Assembly (NCBI GenBank): GCA_027024255.1 | Contig: JALVSQ010000011.1 | Coordinates: forward strand, 1-46,366 | DNA: 46,366 nt | Source of the DNA: Candidatus Micrarchaeota archaeon | Lineage (GTDB): Archaea; Micrarchaeota; Micrarchaeia; Anstonellales; J096 | Reading direction: 5' to 3' | Part shown: positions 7,631-17,114 of the stretch, in pieces | Layout: each line of letters starts with the position of its first letter | Numbering within the stretch: the first letter of the stretch is position 1 | The notes under the pieces: model-generated | Told to the model about the DNA's origin: nothing | Databases searched by the model: none | The model's input: only the letters and a program-made list of their open reading frames with translations | Program-made: the position numbers and the translations under genes

Positions 7631-9869
7631 GCTTTTCAACAACAGTAGGATCATTCCCTTCTTTCTTTCTTTTGAATAAATAAAGAGTTGAAGCAAGGGG
7701 TGATTTCAGCCTTTCATCATGAGTTATTATGAATGTTTGCTCTATTAACAATGGGAGTTTCTCTTCTATTAATGAGATTAACTTGTTTATAGCATTTTCA
7801 TCTAAATTGTGGGTTGGCTCATCAAGAATTAACAGGCCAAGGTCTGGAACAAGCAGGGATGTTAATGCTATCCTCAAAGCTATTGCAAAGGCCATTCTTT
7901 CTCCACCGCTCGCATAGCTGGATAAATCAACCCATCTGGAATTCAAATAAGCATAAAATTTATAAGTGTCTTTTGTTGCTTCAATTCTTATGGATTTGTA
8001 ATCAGCATAAGGATAAATTGCATTCCATATCTCTGGAAGCAGTTTATTTAACGCTTCTAAAAGTTCATTTCTAATGATGTACTGGAGCTCATTCACAACA
8101 TCGCTGAAAACAACCAAATCCTGCTTTAAAGTCTTTATTTTATTCAACTTCTTGATTTGTACCTCTACCGTCTTTATTTCATTCTCTATATCTCCTTTCA
8201 TTGAGCTGAGCAAACGAAGCTCTTTGTTCATGCTGTTTATTCTTTCTTTTAAAGATGAAAGTTTAACATCAATCTCCCCTTTGATTTTGAGTACTTTGTC
8301 AAATTCTTCCTCATTAAACTCCAGTCTTTTCAGTTGCTCCCTCACAACACTTAATCTTCCTTCTGCCTTTTTCTTCTTCACATACATATCTAATTCTTTT
8401 CTTTTAGAGTATAGTTGAAGATTTATTCTATTGAATTTTTCTTCAAGTTTTCTCAACCCTTCCCTAATATCTTTTAATCTTTCTTCAATGGCCTCTCTTT
8501 TCTTCATCAATTCATTTATATCTTCAAGCTTTATTTTTTCAATTTCCTTCTCTATTAGTTGAAGCCTACTCCTTACAGAAATCTGCTTCTTTTCTTCCAG
8601 CCTCAACTCTCTCACTCTTTCCTTCAAATCTTTTATTTTTTGATTTATTTGCTTAATAGCCTTCTCCGCCTCTTCCTTCTTTAACAACCAATCCTCAATC
8701 AATCCATTCTTCCTTTCCTCAGTCAAAGGAGAAAGACAAACAGGACACCTTGCTCCCGCTTTCTTGAGTTCTTCCAAGCTTTCCTCTGCTCTTTTATGTT
8801 TAGAGTTGAAACTTACCAATTTTTCGTTCAACAAATCTAACTCTTTCTCAAAGCTCTCAATATCAGGAAGTTCCTTAATACTATCTTTCAACCTCTGAAG
8901 TTCTTGAAGAAGTTTATTCTTCCTTCTAATGTTCTCATTAACCACTCTTATTTTCGCTTCTATTTCTCTACGCTCCTTTTCCAGCTTTTTTATCTCCTCT
9001 TCTTTCTTGTCCCTCTCTACTCTTACTTCGTTTAATTCCTCTTCCAGGCTGTGCAAATCTTCCTTACTTACTTCCTCAACATCTGAAAGATTTGATAAAA
9101 TACCTAAAATCTTAGCCTCTTCTCTCCTTAAAACATCATATTCTTCTTTCTGTTTCCTTAATATTTCGTACCTGGTATTTATCTCCTCAAGTCTTTTATT
9201 CAGAACCTCAAGCTCTTCACTTAACTGTTTTAATGCTTTTTTAATCTCTCCCTCTTTTTTGCTTAATTCCTCAAACTTTTTTTTCTTTTTTTCTAACTCC
9301 TCTTCATCAATTGATGAGGTTAAAGTTGCTTCTATATGCTTCAACTTCCTTACAAGTGATTGAGCTTTTTCTCCGACCATTTGCATATCATATATACCCA
9401 TAAGCTTATCCATAGTTCTTTTCCTCTCAGCAGGGCTTAACAGCAGTAAGTTGTCAAGTTCATTTTGAGGAGCAAACACTATCCTGCTGAATGTTTGATA
9501 ATTAACATTGAGTATTCTTTCAATAAATTCACTGACTCGTTTAGTTCCCCTTTCAGCTATCTTACCATTCACAAGAAGAACAGCATCTGTATTTTTTGGC
9601 TTTATCGTTCTTCTAACGACATATTCATTGCCCTTAAACTCAAATAGAAGCTCAACCTCTGCCTTCTGAGAATTATGCCTTATTATATCCTTTAACTTCC
9701 TTTTTCTTACTCCCTCAGGAAAATCTCCAAATAAAGCATAAGATATTGCCTCAAGCACACTCGTTTTGCCAGAACCCATAACACCTACAAATAGATTAAC
9801 TCCCTTTGCAAACTCCAATTGAGTTAGAGCATGAGATGTCCAGTTAATCAGTTTTATGTATTTAAGCAC
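7617..9869 (-). CDS. rad50: DNA double-strand break repair ATPase Rad50 (short, 750 aa)
   Basis: Walker A GVMGSGKTS, long K/E-rich coiled coils, central zinc hook CPVC, signature SGGERMA, Walker B LLILDEPT and H-loop ITHD. Confidence 0.9.
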   Translation of the reverse strand: MLKYIKLINWTSHALTQLEFAKGVNLFVGVMGSGKTSVLEAISYALFGDFPEGVRKRKLKDIIRHNSQKAEVELLFEFKGNEYVVRRTIKPKNTDAVLLVNGKIAERGTKRVSEFIERILNVNYQTFSRIVFAPQNELDNLLLLSPAERKRTMDKLMGIYDMQMVGEKAQSLVRKLKHIEATLTSSIDEEELEKKKKKFEELSKKEGEIKKALKQLSEELEVLNKRLEEINTRYEILRKQKEEYDVLRREEAKILGILSNLSDVEEVSKEDLHSLEEELNEVRVERDKKEEEIKKLEKERREIEAKIRVVNENIRRKNKLLQELQRLKDSIKELPDIESFEKELDLLNEKLVSFNSKHKRAEESLEELKKAGARCPVCLSPLTEERKNGLIEDWLLKKEEAEKAIKQINQKIKDLKERVRELRLEEKKQISVRSRLQLIEKEIEKIKLEDINELMKKREAIEERLKDIREGLRKLEEKFNRINLQLYSKRKELDMYVKKKKAEGRLSVVREQLKRLEFNEEEFDKVLKIKGEIDVKLSSLKERINSMNKELRLLSSMKGDIENEIKTVEVQIKKLNKIKTLKQDLVVFSDVVNELQYIIRNELLEALNKLLPEIWNAIYPYADYKSIRIEATKDTYKFYAYLNSRWVDLSSYASGGERMAFAIALRIALTSLLVPDLGLLILDEPTHNLDENAINKLISLIEEKLPLLIEQTFIITHDERLKSPLASTLYLFKRKKEGNDPTVVEKLNNR

Positions 9870-9930
9870 AGATGATTATTGAAAAGTTGATTTAAAAACA
9901 TTTTTGTGCGAACCTAATAATGGAGATTAA

Positions 9931-10890
9931 ATGGATTCAAAAAAGGCATTGAAGAAGCAAAGGATTGATATAATATTCTCGGATGACCCTAACTTTTTTT
10001 ACATCACTAAGAAAAATATTGATGGGGCTTTTTTAGTTAAGCGTAAAAAAAGAATAGATGTGTTTGTAGTAAAGATGAACTATGAAGTTGCAAAAAAACT
10101 ATTCAGGAATGTAAGGCTGTGGGAAAAAGAGACTATAAAAAGACTCGTTCATAAAAAACTTGTTGGATTAAATTATCAAAACATCAGTGCAAAAATAATT
10201 AAGGAAATTGAGAAGTATGGAAAAACAATTGATATATCTAAGGAGTTGCTTGAAAAAAGAGCTAATAAAAATAGGTTTGAAGTGTCATTAATTAAAAAGG
10301 GGGTAAGAGAAACACTGGATATAATTCACTCAATTGATGCAAAAGAAGGAATGAGTGAAAAAGATGTTGAAAAACAATTGCTGATTGAAACGTATGAAAG
10401 AGGATTGGAACCTGCATTTCATCCAATAGTGGCAACACACGGCACAAGTAAATTTCCCCATTACAGGGCTTCAAACAAAAAGATAAATGGCCATGTCCTT
10501 ATTGATTATGGAGTTAAAGTCAAAGGTTATGCAAGCGATGTAACAGAAATGATATTCTTGAAAAAGAATTCAATTGAAAAAATTTACAACAAAGTGAAGG
10601 AAGCATTTTATGAAATAGTGGATAGAATTGATTCAAGCATGAAAGGGAAGGATATTGATAAAATTTACAAAGAGGTATTTAAAAGCTTGAAGTTAAAACC
10701 AATGCCTCATTTAATTGGTCATGGTGTTGGATTAGAAGTTCATGAAAAACCTTCACTTGCTCCCAACTCAAATGATAAAGTAAAAAATTCTGTCCTGGCT
10801 ATTGAACCAGCACAATACCTAAGCAGGTATGGAGTAAGGTTTGAAAGAGAAATATTTGTTGGAAAGAAGGTTAAGGTCCTACAGGAATGA
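9931..10890 (+). CDS. M24-family Xaa-Pro peptidase
   Basis: The C-terminal pita-bread domain carries the motifs DYGVKVKGYASDVT, HLIGHGVGLEVHE and LAIEPA. Confidence 0.8.
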   Translation: MDSKKALKKQRIDIIFSDDPNFFYITKKNIDGAFLVKRKKRIDVFVVKMNYEVAKKLFRNVRLWEKETIKRLVHKKLVGLNYQNISAKIIKEIEKYGKTIDISKELLEKRANKNRFEVSLIKKGVRETLDIIHSIDAKEGMSEKDVEKQLLIETYERGLEPAFHPIVATHGTSKFPHYRASNKKINGHVLIDYGVKVKGYASDVTEMIFLKKNSIEKIYNKVKEAFYEIVDRIDSSMKGKDIDKIYKEVFKSLKLKPMPHLIGHGVGLEVHEKPSLAPNSNDKVKNSVLAIEPAQYLSRYGVRFEREIFVGKKVKVLQE

Positions 10891-13800
10891 GAGCAATGCT
10901 TTCTGCTTTGTGTGGTCATCCTCAAACATACTTTCTATCTCTTTCTTTACAAGTTTTAATCTTTGCTTTAAGTAGTCAGGCAATCCGTACTTTTCAGTAA
11001 GTTCAAGAGAAATATCAATGTATTTTTCGATGCCTCCTCTATGAATCGTTAAGATTAACTCTCCTCCGCACTTAATGCACTTTCCTGTAAGGGGAACTCT
11101 TCTGTGTATGGTGTTGCATTTCTTACATCTAAAACTCTGTCTTGAGAAACGCCTCAGGTTGCCGTAAATGTCAGGAATGAAGTGGCTTAAAATCATCCTT
11201 GAAACGGCATCTCTCATATTCACGGCCCTTATCTTATCCATAACTGCAATCTCTGCTCTAACTTTTTCGGGTATGCTTTTTAATGTTACATACTTCGTTC
11301 TTAAAGGACCTTTATGTATTGATGAAGAGGGATGAGTGAGCAAGAAAGGTTTAAACACATCTTCACTATCTAATACATCTCCAATAACCTTTATATTCAC
11401 TTCATTTGGCATTTTAAATTCAAGAGTTGCATTGTAAAAATCAAGGTCATAAGGTTCTATCTCTACTTCATGCACTTCATCATCAACTTCCTTTGGGTCA
11501 ATATTAACTGTTAAAACAATGGGTGCATCCATCGTGCCTCCTCTTGTTGAAGCTAAGTAGGACTTTGAGAAGTTGAGCAAAGCATCCATTAGAAGCATTA
11601 TACTATCTTCATCTCCATCAGCATTTCTTCTTTTTGCTGTGTGAAAGTAAGGATGAGCATAACCTACATTCGCTTTCGTAAATCCAATAATTCTGCCCAC
11701 AACACCTGTTGAAATATGAGGAGCCAATCCTATTACTAAATGTCCTATCAGGTCCTCTTTTGTTTTTACATTGTAGAATGGTTCCAATCCATATATGCTT
11801 ACAAGCTCATCATCAATGAAGTTTGCCACCTTTACAAAGTAGTTTGCTGCTCTCTCAGATATGATAATGTCTTGATGCTTTAATGCAACTATCTGGTTTT
11901 CATCTTTCAATTCATTGCCAAATGCATCAACATCATAACCTAACTCTCTCAGCTTCTTAACGCTAACACCTATATCCTTCGGTATGAAATGAGTTAAAGG
12001 TACATCGGTTGCATCAAACCTTACAGTTCCATCTCTGAATACAGTAAGGCCGTACTTTGCCCTCAAGAATCCTTTTTCAAGCATTTCAGGAATTTTATCC
12101 CTACTCATCAATCCCTCAACACCTTTTATCTCATTGGAGGGTGAAAAAGACAGCTTTTGCCTGACATCATCGTAAAGCTTCACAAAATTTATCTTCATCT
12201 CTCCATGGGTCACAGTTGGTTTTCCACAATGCACATCCAGAGTTGTCTCCTTTCCACACACGATACACTTCTTTACAGGTACTGCTTTACCTCCGCAAAT
12301 ATGGCACCTTGGATAAGGAGTATAGGATTTGCATTTCAAGCATCTGTATCTGGCAACATCAAGTATTACAAACGGTTGTTTCTCTCTTTCTTTGAGTATT
12401 GAATAAAGTTTAGTCAAACTTCTCATTGTCCTTCCGGTTGGGAAAAGGACATTTGGAGACCCTTTCATTGCTCTTTCTTTGGCTTTCTCTGGCCTACCCA
12501 TTCTAACCCCTATGTATGTGCCAACCTTATCCCTTATTATATAACCAGATGCCTTATTCACTATTGAAAGAGTTGACCCTCCTTCTTTCATAACCTCTTT
12601 TATCCTGTTAAATGTTCCATCATAACCAAGGTTGATGAGTAAGGCTTTTGCTGTATCACCTTCAATAATAACTTTATTGCCCCTGACCTTATGTTCAACT
12701 AGAAGCATCTCAAGAACTCTTTTTGCTGGATGCATAGGTAGCTCAATGTAATTTTCTTGAATTTTACCAGATTCAAGATAAGAAATGAGTGAGGAAAGCT
12801 GAGATGTGGTTATATCCTTCCAGAAGAATATGTAATCAGGATGTAAAGGCACTCCTTTCTTAGCCCAATCAATCATCTCTTCAATAGGAGGTTTAGCGTT
12901 TAGTCCAAACTTCTTTGCCTCCAACAACCACCACTCGTGGCAATACCCTGCTGGCACAAGAGGATGATTGCTTTTCCTGAAATCACCATATGTCGTTAAT
13001 ATATCTCCTAAAAAAAGTATTTCCTCAACATCTTGTTTTATCTTCTCTGCTTCTTCAACACTTCTGACTTTTACAACACTCCCATCCTTTAACTTAACCA
13101 CAGGTGGCTCAATGTTTTCATTTCCTGTTAACACGGCTCCTTTTCCGGGCCTTTCAACCTTCACATGGGTTCCAAATGCAATAAAACTGTCAAGTAAAAC
13201 CATTGTTGCTGGATGCACATTTTTGGCCATTATCGAGTTGTTAAAACTTCTACCATACCTAAGTCTAAAACCTCCTTTTTCTGAAGGATAAGAGAAGACA
13301 GGCCTGCCAGCAACCATGCCCTCTAAATACCTGTCATCTGGTTTTATGTCAACCTTCTCTTCTGTCTTCTTTACCTTTATAACTTTGTTGAGCCAGTCCC
13401 AACCTTCCACATTGAACTTTTTTACATACTTTATGAGTTTAGAGGCTTTTTGAGCAATACCTTCACAAAGCACTAATGGGATTCCCCCTCTCAACTTATT
13501 TGTTGGAATTCTTGGAAGGTTTCTATTTACCTCTACCTCTATATCCTCAGTCGGCTCTCCATTGACATCAACAGGTAGATTTTCATATATTATTCTAACA
13601 TGCTCCTCAGGAGGTTTATACTGCAACCTTGCTGCTCTTGCATCATAAATATTTATCTCTTCAACAATTCTATCAACTTCTTTTTCAGATGGTTTAAATG
13701 GATTTAATCCCACCTCTCTTCTAACAACATCTGCTAACAAAACACTCAATGCAGCGGCAGTACCCCCTGCACTTCTTATAGGTCCTGCATAATAAACAGA

Positions 13801-14190
13801 GAGGTACTTGCCTTTTTTATCTATCTTTATAGATGCGATGCCTTCTGTGGGAGCCACAAGCACCCCTTCTGTTAAAATTGCAACACCAACCCTTATACTT
13901 TTATCAACCCTTTCTTCCAGACTTCCTTTCAATAATTCCCCTCTTGCAATCTTTTTCGCAATCTCAAAAGCAATTCTATCTCTTTCAATACCCCTCTTCT
14001 CCATTCTGGATATTTCTTCTTTTATTCCTCTTATTCCCAGTAAGCCCTCAACCCTCTCCCCTATGTCTTTTGCTATTGCTACCTCAACATCTTCACTGGG
14101 GTCAAAGCCCTTCTTCCTTGCCCTTTTAGCAATAGCAAACGCTTCCATTGTTCTGCTCATCAACCCATCAAAGTATTCTCTAACCCTCAT
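10879..14190 (-). CDS. polC: DNA polymerase II (PolD) large subunit DP2
   Basis: 1103 aa with collinear DP2 motifs (several zinc CxxC pairs, NADGDEDS catalytic region). It ends in a canonical PIP box, QKALLSFL (10882-10905). Its start overlaps the DP1 stop by 11 nt. Confidence 0.95.
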   Translation of the reverse strand: MRVREYFDGLMSRTMEAFAIAKRARKKGFDPSEDVEVAIAKDIGERVEGLLGIRGIKEEISRMEKRGIERDRIAFEIAKKIARGELLKGSLEERVDKSIRVGVAILTEGVLVAPTEGIASIKIDKKGKYLSVYYAGPIRSAGGTAAALSVLLADVVRREVGLNPFKPSEKEVDRIVEEINIYDARAARLQYKPPEEHVRIIYENLPVDVNGEPTEDIEVEVNRNLPRIPTNKLRGGIPLVLCEGIAQKASKLIKYVKKFNVEGWDWLNKVIKVKKTEEKVDIKPDDRYLEGMVAGRPVFSYPSEKGGFRLRYGRSFNNSIMAKNVHPATMVLLDSFIAFGTHVKVERPGKGAVLTGNENIEPPVVKLKDGSVVKVRSVEEAEKIKQDVEEILFLGDILTTYGDFRKSNHPLVPAGYCHEWWLLEAKKFGLNAKPPIEEMIDWAKKGVPLHPDYIFFWKDITTSQLSSLISYLESGKIQENYIELPMHPAKRVLEMLLVEHKVRGNKVIIEGDTAKALLINLGYDGTFNRIKEVMKEGGSTLSIVNKASGYIIRDKVGTYIGVRMGRPEKAKERAMKGSPNVLFPTGRTMRSLTKLYSILKEREKQPFVILDVARYRCLKCKSYTPYPRCHICGGKAVPVKKCIVCGKETTLDVHCGKPTVTHGEMKINFVKLYDDVRQKLSFSPSNEIKGVEGLMSRDKIPEMLEKGFLRAKYGLTVFRDGTVRFDATDVPLTHFIPKDIGVSVKKLRELGYDVDAFGNELKDENQIVALKHQDIIISERAANYFVKVANFIDDELVSIYGLEPFYNVKTKEDLIGHLVIGLAPHISTGVVGRIIGFTKANVGYAHPYFHTAKRRNADGDEDSIMLLMDALLNFSKSYLASTRGGTMDAPIVLTVNIDPKEVDDEVHEVEIEPYDLDFYNATLEFKMPNEVNIKVIGDVLDSEDVFKPFLLTHPSSSIHKGPLRTKYVTLKSIPEKVRAEIAVMDKIRAVNMRDAVSRMILSHFIPDIYGNLRRFSRQSFRCKKCNTIHRRVPLTGKCIKCGGELILTIHRGGIEKYIDISLELTEKYGLPDYLKQRLKLVKKEIESMFEDDHTKQKALLSFL

Positions 14191-15610
14191 AGAACCTCAC
14201 ACTGTTCAATTTCTTCTTTACTGGCCTATACACATAAACTTCACCAGGAGTTGGGATATGGCCCATCTTTATCTGGTAGGGAGTTCTTTCCTGAAATGTC
14301 CCTGTATTTAAGACCAATGTTCCCCTGAACAATTTGTATCCATTCTTGTGAACATGGCCTGCATGAAATACATCAGGCAATGTATCTATAACCATGTAAT
14401 CAACAACCTCCGGCACAATAGGATTTGAACCATAGATTGTTGATAAATGCCTTCTCTTTAACATCTCGGCCATTGCTTCCTCTGGATGCTCATAACTCAG
14501 CTTTGGTATTGCACTTATTATTGAATCCATGGATGTTCCATGATAAATGAGGTGTCTCAACCCCTCTATTTCCGCAAATGTTGGATTCCCACCCAGTATT
14601 ATTCTATCAGACTTTATCATATCTCTGCTTATAGCAGGGCTTGGCTCCCCTCTCCTGACTGCATCGTGATTTCCCGGGATTACCAGAACTTCTATGTAAT
14701 CAGGAATTTGCTCTACATAACTTTCAAACAATTCATATTGCTTGTACACATCCTTCACTACCAGTTCCTTTTCCTGACCTGGATAAATACCAATTCCATC
14801 AACTATGTCTCCTGCAACAACAACATACTTAACCATGCCTGCGAGTTCCCTTTGCTGTTTTATGCCTCCATTAAGCCACTTTATAAACTTTGCAAAAGCC
14901 TCCTTTATAAAGTACCTGCTTCCAACATGAGTATCTGAGATGTACGCAATTGCTAAATCTCTGCTTTCGTCCAGCTCAGGTTGAGATTTTCTAGCTAATG
15001 GGAATTCAAAACTATCCACAATCAAAAATGAGTTTCTTACTGTGCCATAAAGAGCGATTATATCATCATGAATTATCTCTTCATCCACCTGGTTGAATAT
15101 ACTGCTTGTTTTTGAAACTATAGCTTTTCCCATGCCTGTCAGATCTTCAATGTAAAGCATTATGTTTCCCTTCTTTGTTTTCACTTTGTCATAAACCATG
15201 CATATAACTCTGACATTTTCTCCTTGATATGTTGATTTGTTTATATCCTCGACATGTACAGTTGTGTAATTATTGTTGGTGTAAGGAAAAAGCCTTGATA
15301 TTCTCTCAAATCTGTTCCTGAAGTGCTTCACAAAATCATCTATGCTTGACCTCGTTCTACTCTTTCCTGTAACATCTCTCTTTGAATCTATACTTATTTT
15401 AGGCTCAAAGTCTTTGGCAACAGGTCTGAACTCGGATGGTCTCTTAACGGTAACCTTTACCTTTTCCTCGAATGCTTTCAAGATATCCTCTATTTGCTCC
15501 TTTGAGATAATACCCTCAATATTTTCAATTCTTTTTTTGACATACTGTCTTCTCTCATCATCTAAGGAAAGCAGAAATTCATGTGCCTCTAAACTTAACT
15601 TAGACCTCAT
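14180..15610 (-). CDS. polB: DNA polymerase II (PolD) small subunit DP1 (exonuclease)
   Basis: OB-fold region followed by calcineurin-like phosphoesterase motifs (ISDTHVGS, AGDIVDG, PGNHD, GHVH). Confidence 0.9.
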   Translation of the reverse strand: MRSKLSLEAHEFLLSLDDERRQYVKKRIENIEGIISKEQIEDILKAFEEKVKVTVKRPSEFRPVAKDFEPKISIDSKRDVTGKSRTRSSIDDFVKHFRNRFERISRLFPYTNNNYTTVHVEDINKSTYQGENVRVICMVYDKVKTKKGNIMLYIEDLTGMGKAIVSKTSSIFNQVDEEIIHDDIIALYGTVRNSFLIVDSFEFPLARKSQPELDESRDLAIAYISDTHVGSRYFIKEAFAKFIKWLNGGIKQQRELAGMVKYVVVAGDIVDGIGIYPGQEKELVVKDVYKQYELFESYVEQIPDYIEVLVIPGNHDAVRRGEPSPAISRDMIKSDRIILGGNPTFAEIEGLRHLIYHGTSMDSIISAIPKLSYEHPEEAMAEMLKRRHLSTIYGSNPIVPEVVDYMVIDTLPDVFHAGHVHKNGYKLFRGTLVLNTGTFQERTPYQIKMGHIPTPGEVYVYRPVKKKLNSVRFYEG

Positions 15611-15612
15611 AA

Positions 15613-15873
15613 TTATTCCTTCTTGTTTTCACCTAAGGACTCAAGTGCTGAGAGAATATTCCAGATATCCATTCTTGTATGAGGCATTAAGTTGGGCTCA
15701 TCGCTTACCTTCTCTATTAAATAGACTGCTGATGAAACTCTTAAACTCATATCTTTTGACTCATCTTTAATAACCTTCTTTGCCTCTTCTAATGCCGCCT
15801 TCACATTCTTTGGAACCATCACATCCGCAATTACATTGTCAATCATTTCAATAACTTCATCGATTGAGCTCAT
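15613..15873 (-). CDS. UPF0147 family protein
   Basis: 86 aa. The VPKNVKAALEEAKKVI...LRVSSAVYLIEKVSDEPNLMPHTRMDIWNI pattern is typical of archaeal UPF0147. It lies 2 nt upstream of DP1. Confidence 0.7.
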   Translation of the reverse strand: MSSIDEVIEMIDNVIADVMVPKNVKAALEEAKKVIKDESKDMSLRVSSAVYLIEKVSDEPNLMPHTRMDIWNILSALESLGENKKE

Positions 15874-15949
15874 ATTATCACCTTAAGCAAATCAGACTAA
15901 TTAAGTTAGATAGATATTATTAAAAACCCTTCCAAGCACAAGGCGAGGG

Positions 15950-16897
15950 ATGTACCCCCTCTATGAAAATGCCAGAAGGTTTATGGTTGAGGTAGCCAGG
16001 AAAAGAAAAGCGCTAATTGTCCCTCATCTGATGGCAGATGTTGATGCTCTTGCCTCTGCCTATGTAATGGCAAACATCCTTAAAAGAAGGGGTGTTGATG
16101 TAGGGATTTACATAAGTTCTTTATCTGAGACTTCTTCTCCTGCAATGTTCAACCATATCGTAAAATCAGGCTTTCTTGGTAAGACAGGGGGAATTGTAAT
16201 AGTTGTTGATACATCCTCAAAAAACTTCGTGCCTGAATTAGTAAAGAATCCATTTGCAGTGATTGATCACCATTACGGCGTTGATAAACTGAATGCAAGG
16301 ATAGAGTTGATAGATAAAGAGGCCCTTTCCACAACTGAAGTTATATGGAAATTGTTTGGGAAAGAAGTAACCAAAAAAGAAGCTTTGTTTTTAGCAGCAG
16401 GTCTTTACTCTGATGCTTTCGGACTCCCCAAGCTAACCCTTCTTGAACATCTAGAAACTTTCACTGAAATGTTAAAAAAAGCAGGAATTGGAGACTTATC
16501 TATTGTTAAGAAAATCGCTCTGAAAATTCCATCAATTGAAGAGAAGCAGATGATATCAGATTCTCTAAGGTCTATTGAAACCTTAAAGGTGGGCAAATAC
16601 CTGGTTGCCTATTTATTCCATGACAGCCCCTGGGCTGTTGAAATTGCTGATTTATTAGCTAACACTGGACTATATGATGGAGTATTTGTTGTAAGAGAAA
16701 GCAAAATTATTCACTTCAGGGCTGGGAATGTATTTTCTAAAGAGGCGATGGAATTAATAAAAGAAACAATAAAAGAGCTCGAAGCAAAAGGAGGAATGAA
16801 CAACTGGAGAGGGGTAATAAGATTGCCAAAACCTCTCTCCAGGGAGAAATTCAAAAAAATACTTCGTTCAAAGCTTGAACTGCTTAATAAAAAATAA
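15950..16897 (+). CDS. DHH-family phosphoesterase (NrnA/RecJ-like, short form)
   Basis: Motifs HLMADVDALAS (DxD), VIVVDTSS and VIDHH. The DHHA1 GGGH motif is degenerate (KGGMNNW). Confidence 0.75.
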   Translation: MYPLYENARRFMVEVARKRKALIVPHLMADVDALASAYVMANILKRRGVDVGIYISSLSETSSPAMFNHIVKSGFLGKTGGIVIVVDTSSKNFVPELVKNPFAVIDHHYGVDKLNARIELIDKEALSTTEVIWKLFGKEVTKKEALFLAAGLYSDAFGLPKLTLLEHLETFTEMLKKAGIGDLSIVKKIALKIPSIEEKQMISDSLRSIETLKVGKYLVAYLFHDSPWAVEIADLLANTGLYDGVFVVRESKIIHFRAGNVFSKEAMELIKETIKELEAKGGMNNWRGVIRLPKPLSREKFKKILRSKLELLNKK

Positions 16898-16905
16898 TTT
16901 AAATA
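16898..16905 (+). promoter_or_regulatory. TATA-box-like element upstream of tRNA-Leu
   Basis: TTTAAATA at -30..-23 relative to tRNA +1 (16928). Confidence 0.45.
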
Positions 16906-16927
16906 CTTTCTTGCCTTTGTTTATTTA

Positions 16928-17012
16928 GCAGGGGTCGCCAAGTCTGGTCAAAGGCGCACGGTTGAGGGCCGTGTCCCATTAGGGTTCGTGGGTTCAAATC
17001 CCACCCCCTGCA
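16928..17012 (+). tRNA. tRNA-Leu (GAG), class II with long variable arm
   Basis: GCAGGGG acceptor, anticodon arm CACGG-TTGAGGG-CCGTG, variable arm TCCCATTAGGGTTC, T arm GTGGG-TTCAAAT-CCCAC, then CCCCTGC-A. Confidence 0.9.
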
Positions 17013-17070
17013 CCTAAAAACCGTGTATTCCAACCGTGTGTAAAAAGATGGGTGGCAACCGAAGGTTGCC

Positions 17071-17105
17071 GGGATTTGAACCAAGCAAGAATCCCACCCC
17101 CTGCA
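17071..17105. repeat. partial tRNA-Leu copies: inverted 12-mer of the T-arm plus direct 16-mer of the 3' end
   Basis: 17071-17082 (GGGATTTGAACC) is the reverse complement of 16991-17002. 17090-17105 (AATCCCACCCCCTGCA) is identical to 16997-17012. It is preceded by a 7-bp hairpin, GGCAACC-GAA-GGTTGCC (17054-17070). Confidence 0.8.
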
Positions 17106-17114
17106 TTTAATTTC

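Noticed and set aside
8074-9363. Long plus-strand ORFs (8074..8418, 8929..9363 and others) opposite rad50
   Set aside because: Their products are S/F/L-rich low-complexity mirror images of the K/E-rich coiled-coil codons (AAG/GAA/AAA read in reverse). The minus-strand Rad50 frame has all the motifs.
10879-14190. Possible intein in DP2
   Set aside because: A length of 1103 aa with collinear DP2 motifs leaves no room for an intein-sized insertion.
13808-14311. 167-aa and 98-aa plus-strand ORFs across the DP2/DP1 junction
   Set aside because: They are antisense to two strongly supported polymerase genes and have low-complexity S/P/L-rich translations.
16899-17084. 61-aa minus-strand ORF over tRNA-Leu
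   Set aside because: It covers the tRNA gene and its downstream fragments and has no coding signal.
17040-17105. Possible split-tRNA 3' half gene (Nanoarchaeum-style) downstream of tRNA-Leu
   Set aside because: The segment shares only the last 16 nt with a tRNA 3' end. The bases where the 5' strand of the T stem should be (CCAAG) cannot pair with CCCAC, so no functional T arm or anticodon-stem half can be drawn.
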